Virus record (IMG/VR): IMGVR_UViG_3300047462_000282
Coordinates: 49,337-113,336 of that record
Direction: 5' to 3' (one strand)
DNA: 64,000 bases
Source of the DNA: a virus
Position 1 is the stretch's first letter. The number at the start of each line of letters is the position of its first letter. The notes below the pieces were generated by a model. The model saw nothing but the letters and a program-made list of their open reading frames with translations. It had not been told where the DNA came from and made no database searches. The position numbers and the translations under genes were made by a program. This document shows positions 51,796-61,013 of this stretch, piece after piece.

Positions 51796-52913
51796 AGATT
51801 GCTTTCTTATTCAGTCCTTGGGGAGCTGGCAACAGACCGCTAGATTTTAAAGAGCTTTGGACAAGTTCCAGAGGCTTGACTGGCAGCGATCTTGGCATTG
51901 CCATTATTGCAAAAGAAATGGTTAAACGTGGACATGAGGTTTCTCTGTTTACTTTCCATACTGACCCAGCTAACAAGCTAGAATCATGGGAAGGCGTTAA
52001 GCTATATAATTTCGAAGATGCTGCAACAGTCATTAAGCCAGATTGGGATGCCGTTATCAGTTGGAACGAACCAGACGCTCTTCGAGGAATATCTAAGAAG
52101 CCTCTTCGTATTTGCAATCAGATGTTAAATGATTTTACTTACTGCAAGCCTGGCTTTGATGATTTTGTTGATGTTTGGTGTTCCCCATGTCAAATGCATA
52201 TGGAACATCTTAAAAAAACCGCTCCAGACCCAAAGAAATGGACTGTGCTACCTCTTGGCTGTGAACCATCTTGGTACAAAGACGGACCAAGAGTTCCTGG
52301 TAGAGTAGTTTGGACGTCTTCTGCTGATCGTGGGCTTCATTTGCTATTACAAGAATGGCCAAAAATTAAAGCAGCTGTTCCAGAAGCTCATTTGAAAGTA
52401 TTCTATAATTTCAACTACTCCCATATAGAAAATCTTGAATTCAATGATCAAAATACTCATCCACATGTAAAGGAAATTGCTAATAGAGCAAGATACATGA
52501 TGGAAATGATGAAAAGACTGAAACCATTGGGCGTGGAGCATGTGGGTTCTATTAGTCGCGCACGCATGGAACAAGAATTGAGTGAGGCTATGGTACTAGC
52601 TTATCCTGTTTCAACTGTAGCGTTTACCGAAGGATTTTCCATTTCAATAATGGAATCATGTGCAGCTGGAGTATTTCCTGTTATTTCTGATGCCGATTGT
52701 TTAGGAAGCATTTATGGAGGAACAGTACCTATGGTTAAGTCTCCTGCTGGGGAACATATGGCTGAATTTGATTCTTTAGTAATTAAAGGATTAACTGATT
52801 CATCTTATCGTTCAGAAGTTATAGATAAGTGCAAGAAGTTTTCTCTAAACTATACTTGGACTAGTATTGCTGAAAAACTAGAAACACTAATCAAAAAATA
52901 TCCGGAAATATAA
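51792..52913 (+). CDS. GT-B (GT4-like) glycosyltransferase
   Basis: TSSADRGL; AYPV..TEGFSISIMESCAAG (EX7E). Confidence 0.85.
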   Translation: MKIAFLFSPWGAGNRPLDFKELWTSSRGLTGSDLGIAIIAKEMVKRGHEVSLFTFHTDPANKLESWEGVKLYNFEDAATVIKPDWDAVISWNEPDALRGISKKPLRICNQMLNDFTYCKPGFDDFVDVWCSPCQMHMEHLKKTAPDPKKWTVLPLGCEPSWYKDGPRVPGRVVWTSSADRGLHLLLQEWPKIKAAVPEAHLKVFYNFNYSHIENLEFNDQNTHPHVKEIANRARYMMEMMKRLKPLGVEHVGSISRARMEQELSEAMVLAYPVSTVAFTEGFSISIMESCAAGVFPVISDADCLGSIYGGTVPMVKSPAGEHMAEFDSLVIKGLTDSSYRSEVIDKCKKFSLNYTWTSIAEKLETLIKKYPEI

Positions 52914-53332
52914 TGAAAAATAAAGAATATACCAGTTTAGTTAATGAGGGTAAATTTCCAAGTGAACTTCGTGTTCCATTGGATAAACCATTCGAAGATG
53001 CTAGGGGCAAAATCCAAAATCTTGTGCTAGATCCAATTACTAGCGTTGCAATCATTACCAGTAAAGCTGGAACGGTTAGATCGAATCATTATCATAAGAC
53101 TGATTGGCATTATTTATATGTTATTTCTGGCTCTATGAAATATTATGAGCGAGATGTTGACTCTGATAATCAAATTGAGCCTATTGTTGTAAAAGCAGGC
53201 GAAATGGTATTTACAGGACCAATGAAAGTTCACAAAACAGAGTTTTTAGAAGATACCGTGATGATGAGCTTTGCAAAGAATGTCAGAGATCATGAGCATC
53301 ACGAAGAGGATGTTGTTCGCGTGGAGTTCTAA
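52913..53332 (+). CDS. RmlC-like cupin (NDP-sugar epimerase / ketoisomerase)
   Basis: FEDARGKI; SKAGTVRSNHYHK..YLYVISGS; GPMKVH. Confidence 0.75.
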   Translation: MKNKEYTSLVNEGKFPSELRVPLDKPFEDARGKIQNLVLDPITSVAIITSKAGTVRSNHYHKTDWHYLYVISGSMKYYERDVDSDNQIEPIVVKAGEMVFTGPMKVHKTEFLEDTVMMSFAKNVRDHEHHEEDVVRVEF

Positions 53333-54528
53333 TGAAAGTATTTGAATGCAGACTGTGTAAGGGAAGACTAAGTGAGCCCAAGATAAATCTTGGGAAAACT
53401 CCGCTTGCTAATGAGTTTGTAAAAACTAAAGAGCCTCAGGACTTGTTTCCGCTGGAAGTATGTGTTTGCGAGTCTTGTGAACACTATCAGTTAAATGAGC
53501 AAGTAGAGCCCGAAAGAATGTTTAGAAACTATCTTTTCGTTGCTGGGACATCTCCAGTTAATGTTGAACATTTCAGACAATACGCCCTCCAAATGGTTGA
53601 AAGATTTGATTTACAATCTGATAGTAAAGTGCTAGATATCGCCAGCAATGATGGTACCTTATTGAAGCACTTCAAAGATTTAGGTTTGCAAATACTTGGC
53701 ATTGACCCGGCTGTAAATTTAGCCGAAAAAGCTACTAAAAATGGCATAGAGACGATTGCGGAATTTTTTACCGAACAATATGCTGATGTTATGCTGGAGA
53801 AATATGGTCAATTTGATTTGATTACAGCAAACAATGTGTTTGCTCATGTGCCCGATATGATTGGATTTGCAAAGGGTGTAAAAAAACTTCTCAAACCAAA
53901 TGGAGTTTTTACTTTTGAAGTATCTTATTTTGGCGATGTATGTGATAAAACTTTATTTGATACTATTTATCATGAACATACCAGTTATCATACGGTGAAA
54001 CCACTAATATCATTTTTCAATCAATATCAAATGGAAGTATTTGATATTGAGCCTATAACTAATCATGGCGGCTCTATTCGTGTATATGTTGAAAATGCAT
54101 ATGGAGATTACTCTGCTTTGAGTCTTGACTCTTTTATTCATTCGAAATATTATATGGAAAATAAAGTAGCTAGATTACAAAAAGATATCAAGCTGCTTGG
54201 ATATGAATTAAGAGAAAAATTACAAGAGCTAAAGTCACAAGGAAAATCTATTGCCATCTATGGGGTACCAGCAAAAGCAACCACGCTCATGTATGCTTTG
54301 AATATCGATGAAAATATGATTGATTTTGCTGTGGATGATGCACCTTTAAAGCAAGGAACATTTACACCGGGCAAACACATTCCAGTTTTCCCAACTAAAA
54401 TGATTTATGCTAAGCATCCTGACTATCTTCTAGTTTTAGCGTGGAATTTTGCCGATTCTATCATTGAAAGACATCGCAATTTTGGTGGCAAGTTCATCGT
54501 TCCAATTCCGGAACTAAAGGAAGTTTGA
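53332..54528 (+). CDS. NDP-hexose C-methyltransferase
   Basis: Zn-binding CRLC..CESC, VLDIASNDGTLL, ANNVFAH, IYHEHTSY, YGVPAKATT, LAWNF; same layout as EryBIII/TcaB9/NovU-type enzymes. Confidence 0.85.
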   Translation: MKVFECRLCKGRLSEPKINLGKTPLANEFVKTKEPQDLFPLEVCVCESCEHYQLNEQVEPERMFRNYLFVAGTSPVNVEHFRQYALQMVERFDLQSDSKVLDIASNDGTLLKHFKDLGLQILGIDPAVNLAEKATKNGIETIAEFFTEQYADVMLEKYGQFDLITANNVFAHVPDMIGFAKGVKKLLKPNGVFTFEVSYFGDVCDKTLFDTIYHEHTSYHTVKPLISFFNQYQMEVFDIEPITNHGGSIRVYVENAYGDYSALSLDSFIHSKYYMENKVARLQKDIKLLGYELREKLQELKSQGKSIAIYGVPAKATTLMYALNIDENMIDFAVDDAPLKQGTFTPGKHIPVFPTKMIYAKHPDYLLVLAWNFADSIIERHRNFGGKFIVPIPELKEV

Positions 54529-55442
54529 TGTTTTATTTTAGACACGTTAATAGGATGACTTATCCACAAAAGCACGTATTAGTTTGTGAGGATGATCTTA
54601 CACAGCAAAAAAGAATAGCAGAACATTTTAGTTCGGTATTTGATACTCAAGGAATAGTTCAGTTCAGTTTTGTACCTGGTGCTGTGGCAGCCGCATCAAT
54701 CATTAGCAGCTGTAAAATTGATTTGGTAATTTTAGATCATGACATGCCTGAGGGCAATGGGGCTGATTTGATAGCTTGGATGAAAGAAAATAAGAAGGAT
54801 ATCCCAATAATTACCTTTTCTGGAATTGCTCAGAATAATGCTAACATGATGGCTGCGGGCGCCACTCATCTAGCCGGGAAAGAAGAAGTTATTAGAGGGC
54901 AAGTCGATGATCTTATTAAAACAATACTTGGATTAAAACAAGCTAATGTTGGAATTGCTGAAACATACGTTAATACTGTTTGTATCAACACACCTACTGC
55001 TACTAGATATTGGGTCATGCCAAATATAATGGTTGGTGGCAGTGTGACAAGCAAAGAAGACTGGGAACATTTGCAAAAAGCCTACAATATGGGCGCCGTT
55101 ATCAACGTTGAAACAGAGCATTCTGATGTTGGTAAAGGAATTGATAAACTTCTAGAAATTCAAGTTCCAGATAATGGTACGCCATTTCCATTTGATGTCG
55201 TTAAAAAGGCAGTGCTATTTTCTAAAAATAACATGGATAAAAACATCTATGTGCACTGCCAAATGGGAGCTTCACGTAGCCCAGCATTTGCATATGCGGT
55301 TTTAAGATACTGTTATAATATGACCCCTCAGCAAGCTTTAGAAAAAATAAATGAGAGCTATCCATCTCACAATTATGGTTATCACGGCTATCATCAAACC
55401 TATATTGGATCAATAGAACAAGCTTTAGCTGAATTGATATAA
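54525..55442 (+). CDS. Receiver (REC) domain fused to a dual-specificity phosphatase
   Basis: VLVCEDD, VILDHDMP, ITFSG, conserved Lys; C-terminal VHCQMGASRS (CX5R); start may be ATG 54556. Confidence 0.8.
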   Translation: MMFYFRHVNRMTYPQKHVLVCEDDLTQQKRIAEHFSSVFDTQGIVQFSFVPGAVAAASIISSCKIDLVILDHDMPEGNGADLIAWMKENKKDIPIITFSGIAQNNANMMAAGATHLAGKEEVIRGQVDDLIKTILGLKQANVGIAETYVNTVCINTPTATRYWVMPNIMVGGSVTSKEDWEHLQKAYNMGAVINVETEHSDVGKGIDKLLEIQVPDNGTPFPFDVVKKAVLFSKNNMDKNIYVHCQMGASRSPAFAYAVLRYCYNMTPQQALEKINESYPSHNYGYHGYHQTYIGSIEQALAELI

Positions 55443-55449
55443 AGGTTAT

Positions 55450-56415
55450 ATGAAGAAAATACTTGTAACAGGCTCATGTGGATTCATTTTCTCTAATTTT
55501 ATGAGAAAAGTAATACGAGAGACTGCCTATTACGATTTTGTTAGTGTAGATAAAGTAATTGCTCCATATAATCGTTATAATGTGGAAATTAATCAAGACC
55601 ACAATTTTTACATGGGTGACATTGCTGATGAAATGTTTATGAATAATGTATTTAGCATTGAAAAGCCAGATATTATCATTCATGGTGCAGCAGAAAGTTT
55701 TGTAGACGATTCCATTAGAAGTGCAGGACCATTTATTCATTCCAATGTTGTTGGAACGCAGGTTATGGTAGACCTGGCACTCAAACATGGAGTAGAGCGT
55801 TTTGTGTATGTTAGCACTGACGAAGTATATGGACAACTAACTAGTGACAAAGATGAATCTTGGACCGAAAAGTCTCCACTCAGCCCTAGAAATCCATACT
55901 CAGCATCTAAAGCAGCTGGGGAGCTAATTGTTAAGGCAGCCAACCAAACTCACGGTTTAAATTATAACATTACCAGGTGCTGCAATAACTACGGACCTAG
56001 CCAACCGCCCCGTAACTTAATTCCTAAAGCCATTTCCTGCATACTAAACGGGACGCCCATTCCTATCCATGGAAATGGAAAGCAGTTCCGTGAATGGATT
56101 TATGTAGAGGATCATTGCTCTGCTATCATGAAGATTGTAAAAGATGCTCCATTGAATGAGACATACAACATTGGTTCGGGTATTGAGTCCACCAATCTTA
56201 AAATGGTACATAAAATTTCCAAATTAATTGGAAATGAAGGTGCTGTGGTCAATTTTGTCAAGGACCGTCCTGGACATGATTTCAGATACTCGGTTGATTG
56301 TGCCAAAATACACAATTTAGGCTGGTTCCCAAGTTTTGATTTTGATGCAGGCATGAATAAATGTGTTGATTGGTATCTTAACAATAAGTGGTATTTAGAT
56401 TCAGTCAAATTATGA
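55450..56415 (+). CDS. rfbB: dTDP-glucose 4,6-dehydratase
   Basis: ILVTGSCGFI, AAESFVD, STDEVYG, PYSASK, NNYGP, DRPGHDFRY. Confidence 0.9.
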   Translation: MKKILVTGSCGFIFSNFMRKVIRETAYYDFVSVDKVIAPYNRYNVEINQDHNFYMGDIADEMFMNNVFSIEKPDIIIHGAAESFVDDSIRSAGPFIHSNVVGTQVMVDLALKHGVERFVYVSTDEVYGQLTSDKDESWTEKSPLSPRNPYSASKAAGELIVKAANQTHGLNYNITRCCNNYGPSQPPRNLIPKAISCILNGTPIPIHGNGKQFREWIYVEDHCSAIMKIVKDAPLNETYNIGSGIESTNLKMVHKISKLIGNEGAVVNFVKDRPGHDFRYSVDCAKIHNLGWFPSFDFDAGMNKCVDWYLNNKWYLDSVKL

Positions 56416-57203
56416 AAAATTTATTGTTAATTGGTAATGGTAAATGGGGACAAAAATATATCTCTACTTTATCTGCATTTCCAAATGTAAAATTACAAGT
56501 TGCTACTCGTAGTAATTGGAAATCTCTTGTAGATGAGCGTCCCGATGGTGTAATGGTATGCACTCCACCAGAGTCTCATGTAGAGTTAGCGGCTTATTCT
56601 CTTGAAAAAGACATTCCAACTATGATAGAAAAACCACTCAGCCTATCAGTTGCAGAGGCAAGTATACTACAGAAATTCTCAGCACCTATCCTTGTTAATC
56701 ATATTCATCTTTTCTCTACTGCTTATCAAAATTTACAAAGAATGATTAAGCCACACACTATTGATAAAATAGTTTCGTTAGGCTATAACAATGGACCCAT
56801 TAGAAGTTATTCTAGTCTTTGGGATTATGGCTGTCATGATTTATCTATGATTTTAGATTTAACTAGAACTTTTCCATTTGGAATCCAAGCTAATCAAATT
56901 TCTACTGATACTGGAAGTTTGTTTAATATAAAATTAGATTTTGTAACCTTTTCTGCAGAGAGTCTTGTAGGAAATGGTGGGCAAAAGCCAGTCAGGAAGC
57001 TAAAGGTGGAGTGTGGTGGTCTTAAAATAGCCTATGATGATAAAATGCGCTCACCTAATCACTCTCCTCCTTTAACAAACGCCCTCAATACCTTTATTAG
57101 AGCAATTGATGGGGAGAAAGATTATAGATTAGGTTTAGACTTATCAATAAAAGTCATTAAAATACTAGAATCTTGTCACAATCTGCTGAATTTGCCTCAT
57201 TAA
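56412..57203 (+). CDS. Gfo/Idh/MocA-family NAD(P)-dependent oxidoreductase
   Basis: LLIGNGKWG, VCTPPESH, IEKPL, WDYGCHD; ATGA overlap start at 56412. Confidence 0.8.
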   Translation: MKNLLLIGNGKWGQKYISTLSAFPNVKLQVATRSNWKSLVDERPDGVMVCTPPESHVELAAYSLEKDIPTMIEKPLSLSVAEASILQKFSAPILVNHIHLFSTAYQNLQRMIKPHTIDKIVSLGYNNGPIRSYSSLWDYGCHDLSMILDLTRTFPFGIQANQISTDTGSLFNIKLDFVTFSAESLVGNGGQKPVRKLKVECGGLKIAYDDKMRSPNHSPPLTNALNTFIRAIDGEKDYRLGLDLSIKVIKILESCHNLLNLPH

Positions 57204-57241
57204 TTTGGTATATCTCTTATAAGACCTATGCTGGAGGTTGA

Positions 57242-57973
57242 ATGAGTAAGTATTATGTTTATGTGGTCATCAACCAGATAAATAATAAATTATATGTGGG
57301 TAAAACCAATAATCCAACGGTAAGATGGCATGACCACAAAAAAGTAGCACTTGGAGGTCGGGAAAAATATCCAGAAGACTTCTTTGCTATCCATGCCGCC
57401 TTACACAAGTATGGCATCTATAATTTTATATTTAAAATTATAGATGAATTCGATGATGAGAACGAGGCTTATCGAGCTGAGACGCAGTATATTTTACTAT
57501 CGTGTTCTAACCTTAAAAAATTTGGATACAACTGCAATCTTGGCGGTGAGGGAGGTATTTCGCCAAGTCCCGAGACCAGGCAGAAGTTGATTGCTGCTGC
57601 CAACAAGCCAGAAAAGATAAAACTATCATCAGATATGATGAAGAAACGACATCAGGACAATCCTGGATTTTTATCAAATGTTCATAAGGGCAATCAGTAT
57701 ACTAAGGGACGAAAACTACCTCAAAAAGAAAAAGACCATCTGTCAAAAATGATGAAAGGACGATTTGTTTCGGATGAAACAAAAAAGAAAATGTCCGAAG
57801 CTCAAACTGGTGAAAAAAGTTCACGGGCTAAACTAACAGAAAAAGAAGTTCTAGAAATTAGATCCAAATACATTCCTGGCAAATATGGGTATGTCAAATT
57901 ATCAAAAGAATATGGTGTCCACGATGAAACGATACGTAGTATTATTAAGAGAACATCGTGGAGTCACATATGA
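57242..57973 (+). CDS. GIY-YIG homing endonuclease with NUMOD3-like repeats and C-terminal HTH
   Basis: YVYVVINQINNKLYVGKT, GYNC, SDETKKKMSEA, KLTEKEVLEIR. Confidence 0.85.
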   Translation: MSKYYVYVVINQINNKLYVGKTNNPTVRWHDHKKVALGGREKYPEDFFAIHAALHKYGIYNFIFKIIDEFDDENEAYRAETQYILLSCSNLKKFGYNCNLGGEGGISPSPETRQKLIAAANKPEKIKLSSDMMKKRHQDNPGFLSNVHKGNQYTKGRKLPQKEKDHLSKMMKGRFVSDETKKKMSEAQTGEKSSRAKLTEKEVLEIRSKYIPGKYGYVKLSKEYGVHDETIRSIIKRTSWSHI

Positions 57974-58830
57974 GGGCTCTTGTACTCAGTGGAGGAGGAT
58001 CGAAAGGTAGTTATCAATCCGGTGCATTACAATATATACTTGGTGAACTTGAGATTAAATATGACATTTTATGTGGAGTATCAGTTGGTGCAATAAACAC
58101 AGCTTTCCTAGCAATGTATAAGCATGGAGACGAAAAAGAGTCAGCTATCACTCTTAAAAATATGTGGAGTAAATTAGATAACAGTAAAATATACAAAAGA
58201 CATTTTCCATTCGGCAGATGGCATGCCATTTGGAAGAAAAGCTTTTATGACAGCTCCCCACTTGGTGATCTGTTAAGAAGTCATTTGTCATTAGAAAAAA
58301 TTAGACAGAGTGGCAAAGACATCAATGTAGGTACAGTTTCTCTTAGTTCTGGCAAATACACACTTTTCAACCAGCATTCAGATTATTTTATCGAAGCAGT
58401 AATCGCCTCTGCATCTTTTCCGGGTATGTTGACACCAGTGTCTTTTCTAGGACAACTCTGGACAGATGGTGGTGTAAAAGAAATCTCTCCAATTAAGAAG
58501 GCAGTAGAGATGGGCGCTGATGAAATTGATGTTATTATCACGTCGCCGCAAACTCGTGTTGTTCGTTTTATAGAAAATCCTACCACTGTTGATATTCTCA
58601 AGCGCAGTGTCGATTTATCTACAGATAAAATTATGGCAAATGATATTGAGAAAGTACAAATGCACAATAAAATGGCAGAGGCAGGATTTGAAGGCTATAA
58701 GTATGTAAAAATTAATATTTTACGTCCGGACTACAATCTGATTGAGGATCTCCTTGATTTTAGACCAGAAAAAATCAAGGAAATGATGGAAAAAGGCTAC
58801 ACAGACGCCAAATACAAGTACATAATGTAA
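57970..58830 (+). CDS. Patatin-like phospholipase
   Basis: LVLSGGGSKG, GVSVG (GxSxG), ASASFP, DGG. Confidence 0.9.
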   Translation: MRALVLSGGGSKGSYQSGALQYILGELEIKYDILCGVSVGAINTAFLAMYKHGDEKESAITLKNMWSKLDNSKIYKRHFPFGRWHAIWKKSFYDSSPLGDLLRSHLSLEKIRQSGKDINVGTVSLSSGKYTLFNQHSDYFIEAVIASASFPGMLTPVSFLGQLWTDGGVKEISPIKKAVEMGADEIDVIITSPQTRVVRFIENPTTVDILKRSVDLSTDKIMANDIEKVQMHNKMAEAGFEGYKYVKINILRPDYNLIEDLLDFRPEKIKEMMEKGYTDAKYKYIM

Positions 58831-58859
58831 TAATTACATATAGTAAAAGGAGACTATCA

Positions 58860-59189
58860 ATGCCTAATTTTGCCGATCCAAACGCCGCTAAAGACTATGG
58901 TTATGACTTTAACTTTTTTCAAAAAGTAGTCGTTACAGCTGGTAATTTTAATACTGATTGTGATGTTCTCATTAACATGAAAGCTCCTACCTATACTGTA
59001 ACTTTCCAGCTAGAAGCTGGTAGTTCAGTCCAATATTCTTTCAATGGAACCACTGTACACGGCGATATGCAGCAAGGTACAACTGGCTATATTACAAGCA
59101 ACAGTTTGGTCTTCCAAAATCGCACCATTTCTAAAATTTGGTTTAAAGGATCTGGAACTGTTCGTATTGAGGCATGGGCAATTCGTTAA
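58860..59189 (+). CDS. Hypothetical beta-rich protein, probably structural
   Basis: 109 aa, SD AGGAG, candidate late promoter upstream. Confidence 0.55.
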   Translation: MPNFADPNAAKDYGYDFNFFQKVVVTAGNFNTDCDVLINMKAPTYTVTFQLEAGSSVQYSFNGTTVHGDMQQGTTGYITSNSLVFQNRTISKIWFKGSGTVRIEAWAIR

Positions 59190-59237
59190 ATGAACTATTG
59201 CGCCTAATTAGCCAATAATATGATATAGGTATGGAAG

Positions 59238-59558
59238 ATGAGAAAGAGCAAGTTAGTTAAGAACAAGTGTGAAATCGAGACATGCAATGTTTCGGAGCCT
59301 AAGCTACTACATTTCCATCATATTATTGAAAGAACGGAAGTAAATACCAACAATCATGATTTCAATTTAGCCATCCTTTGTGCCAACTGCCACGCTTTAA
59401 CGCATACTGGCAAACTAAAGATCATTGGAGTATTTCCTTCAACAAAATTACCAAATAAAAGAGTTTTAGTATATGAGTTGGATGGTAAAAGGAATATAGA
59501 TGGAGTTGATTTTCCATATGTCCAATTTGTAAACAAATCTTTTAAACTACATGGGTGA
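59238..59558 (+). CDS. Small HNH nuclease
   Basis: CEIETC..LHFHHII..NLAILCANCHALTH. Confidence 0.8.
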   Translation: MRKSKLVKNKCEIETCNVSEPKLLHFHHIIERTEVNTNNHDFNLAILCANCHALTHTGKLKIIGVFPSTKLPNKRVLVYELDGKRNIDGVDFPYVQFVNKSFKLHG

Positions 59559-59561
59559 TGA

Positions 59562-59837
59562 ATGAGTTATAAAATTGATGCAAGTGATCCTACAAATTTG
59601 AGTGCCAAAATTTTACCTGAGCGAGAATCTCGCCGTAGAGTTTTGAATTTGGCTCGTGAAATGGGTTGCGAAAAAGACATGCTCCTACTTTTCGCAAAGT
59701 ATGACAGAATGATGAAAGCCTGCACTGATGATAAAGAAAGATCGGATATTGGTAAGTTAGCCAATGTAGAAGTTTACAAGCTACTCGGCGGCGGTGGTGA
59801 GTTAGTTGTTGATGGACAGATAGTCTGCAAAGGCTAA
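59562..59837 (+). CDS. Hypothetical protein
   Basis: 91-aa ORF in operon context. Confidence 0.55.
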   Translation: MSYKIDASDPTNLSAKILPERESRRRVLNLAREMGCEKDMLLLFAKYDRMMKACTDDKERSDIGKLANVEVYKLLGGGGELVVDGQIVCKG

Positions 59838-59853
59838 AATAAAAGGAAATGTA

Positions 59854-60090
59854 ATGAGTAATGATAGCAAGTTTGTTGGTGAAGTATTGTGGTTCGATCC
59901 TAAGAGAGGATTTGGATTTATTGGCTGGGAAAAAGAGGGAGTGAAACAGAAAGATCTGTTCGTTCATTTCTCCGATATTTCTTGTGAAGGCTTTAAAACC
60001 TTATACAAGAGTCAGAAAGTGTCGTTTGGTCTCGGTACCAACGTTCGCGGCGATCCAAAAGCCACAGAAGTAACAGTTCTTAAGAACTAA
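59854..60090 (+). CDS. Cold-shock domain (CspA family) protein
   Basis: GEVLWFDPKRGFGFI (RNP1), DLFVHFSDI (RNP2), GFKTL. Confidence 0.9.
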   Translation: MSNDSKFVGEVLWFDPKRGFGFIGWEKEGVKQKDLFVHFSDISCEGFKTLYKSQKVSFGLGTNVRGDPKATEVTVLKN

Positions 60091-60372
60091 TTACTTCTTT
60101 ATAAACATCTCAATTATTTGAACAATCAGGGATAACAATCCTGTGACGAATAACACTTGAATTCTGAATAGATCTTTACTGGTCCGTTCAGAGTTAGTGA
60201 CCAGTTTTTCCATCTTTTCTTCCATGTCGGCATCTCTTTTAGCGCCATCTTCTAGATGTGTAATAATTTCTTCATTTTGCTCCGCTACCGCAGTTTCGAT
60301 TTCGATAGCCTTTCTATTAACTTCTAGAATAATTTCCATGTCTCTTTTTTTGATATTGTCGTCGTTTGCCAT
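60091..60372 (-). CDS. Coiled-coil protein with C-terminal transmembrane helix (possibly holin- or XhlA-like)
   Basis: IQVLFVTGLLSLIVQIIEMF. Confidence 0.5.
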   Translation of the reverse strand: MANDDNIKKRDMEIILEVNRKAIEIETAVAEQNEEIITHLEDGAKRDADMEEKMEKLVTNSERTSKDLFRIQVLFVTGLLSLIVQIIEMFIKK

Positions 60373-60391
60373 AAATCCCTCAAAATAGAAA

Positions 60392-60565
60392 TTATTTTTT
60401 AGCTTGAGTTTTCTTTTCCTTACGAGTTTTTATCTTAGTGATTACCTTGTCACACTTTTCATTCAACTCTTTATATTCGTTGAGCGTTTTCTCTTCAACA
60501 TTATCTGTTTCAGATTCAAGTAAAGATAGTTCTTCGGCGGCAGCGGTCTTGTGATTACTGTGCAT
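60392..60565 (-). CDS. 57-aa small protein missing from the ORF track (MHSNHKTAAAEE...)
   Basis: Fills the gap between two minus-strand genes; upstream aaggga. Confidence 0.5.
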   Translation of the reverse strand: MHSNHKTAAAEELSLLESETDNVEEKTLNEYKELNEKCDKVITKIKTRKEKKTQAKK

Positions 60566-60570
60566 AGCAG

Positions 60571-60966
60571 TTATCCCTTTTTTGTGATGAGTGGCATGGT
60601 ATCCAACTCTGCGGTATCGGCATTTTCTTTGGCAAAATCTTCATCCGATACATTTAGTTCTTCGTACTTTTCTTCTTTAATGACTAGCACTGATCGCTCG
60701 CGACTTGGAATAAATGTCTCGCGAGTCATTGGTACGTTCGCTTTAAAAATTTCTGGTTCCAATTTACGAACAATGATTTTGTCTCTTTTCTTCCAAATAG
60801 AGCCTGACTCTACTGATTTTGTTAACTGCTCAGCGGTGTATTGGTAATGTCTTTTATCCAATAAATTGACAGAGGAATAAGCCTTAATGGTCAGATTTAG
60901 ATCTGCCAAGCTAACATTCCTTGCCGAAATATTGGTCACCCAAAAGGTGGGCTGAGCTATTTTCAT
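60571..60966 (-). CDS. Hypothetical protein
   Basis: 131-aa ORF, first gene of a three-gene minus-strand unit. Confidence 0.55.
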   Translation of the reverse strand: MKIAQPTFWVTNISARNVSLADLNLTIKAYSSVNLLDKRHYQYTAEQLTKSVESGSIWKKRDKIIVRKLEPEIFKANVPMTRETFIPSRERSVLVIKEEKYEELNVSDEDFAKENADTAELDTMPLITKKG

Positions 60967-61013
60967 AATAATATGCTGGCATATTCATAAATTGCCATAC
61001 AAATAGAGGCATC

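Noticed and set aside
57970-58830. Patatin as the effector of a CBASS operon
   Set aside because: No cGAS/DncV-like cyclase or Cap2/Cap3 gene nearby; the window's nucleotidyltransferases are class II CCA/PAP and RelA-like.
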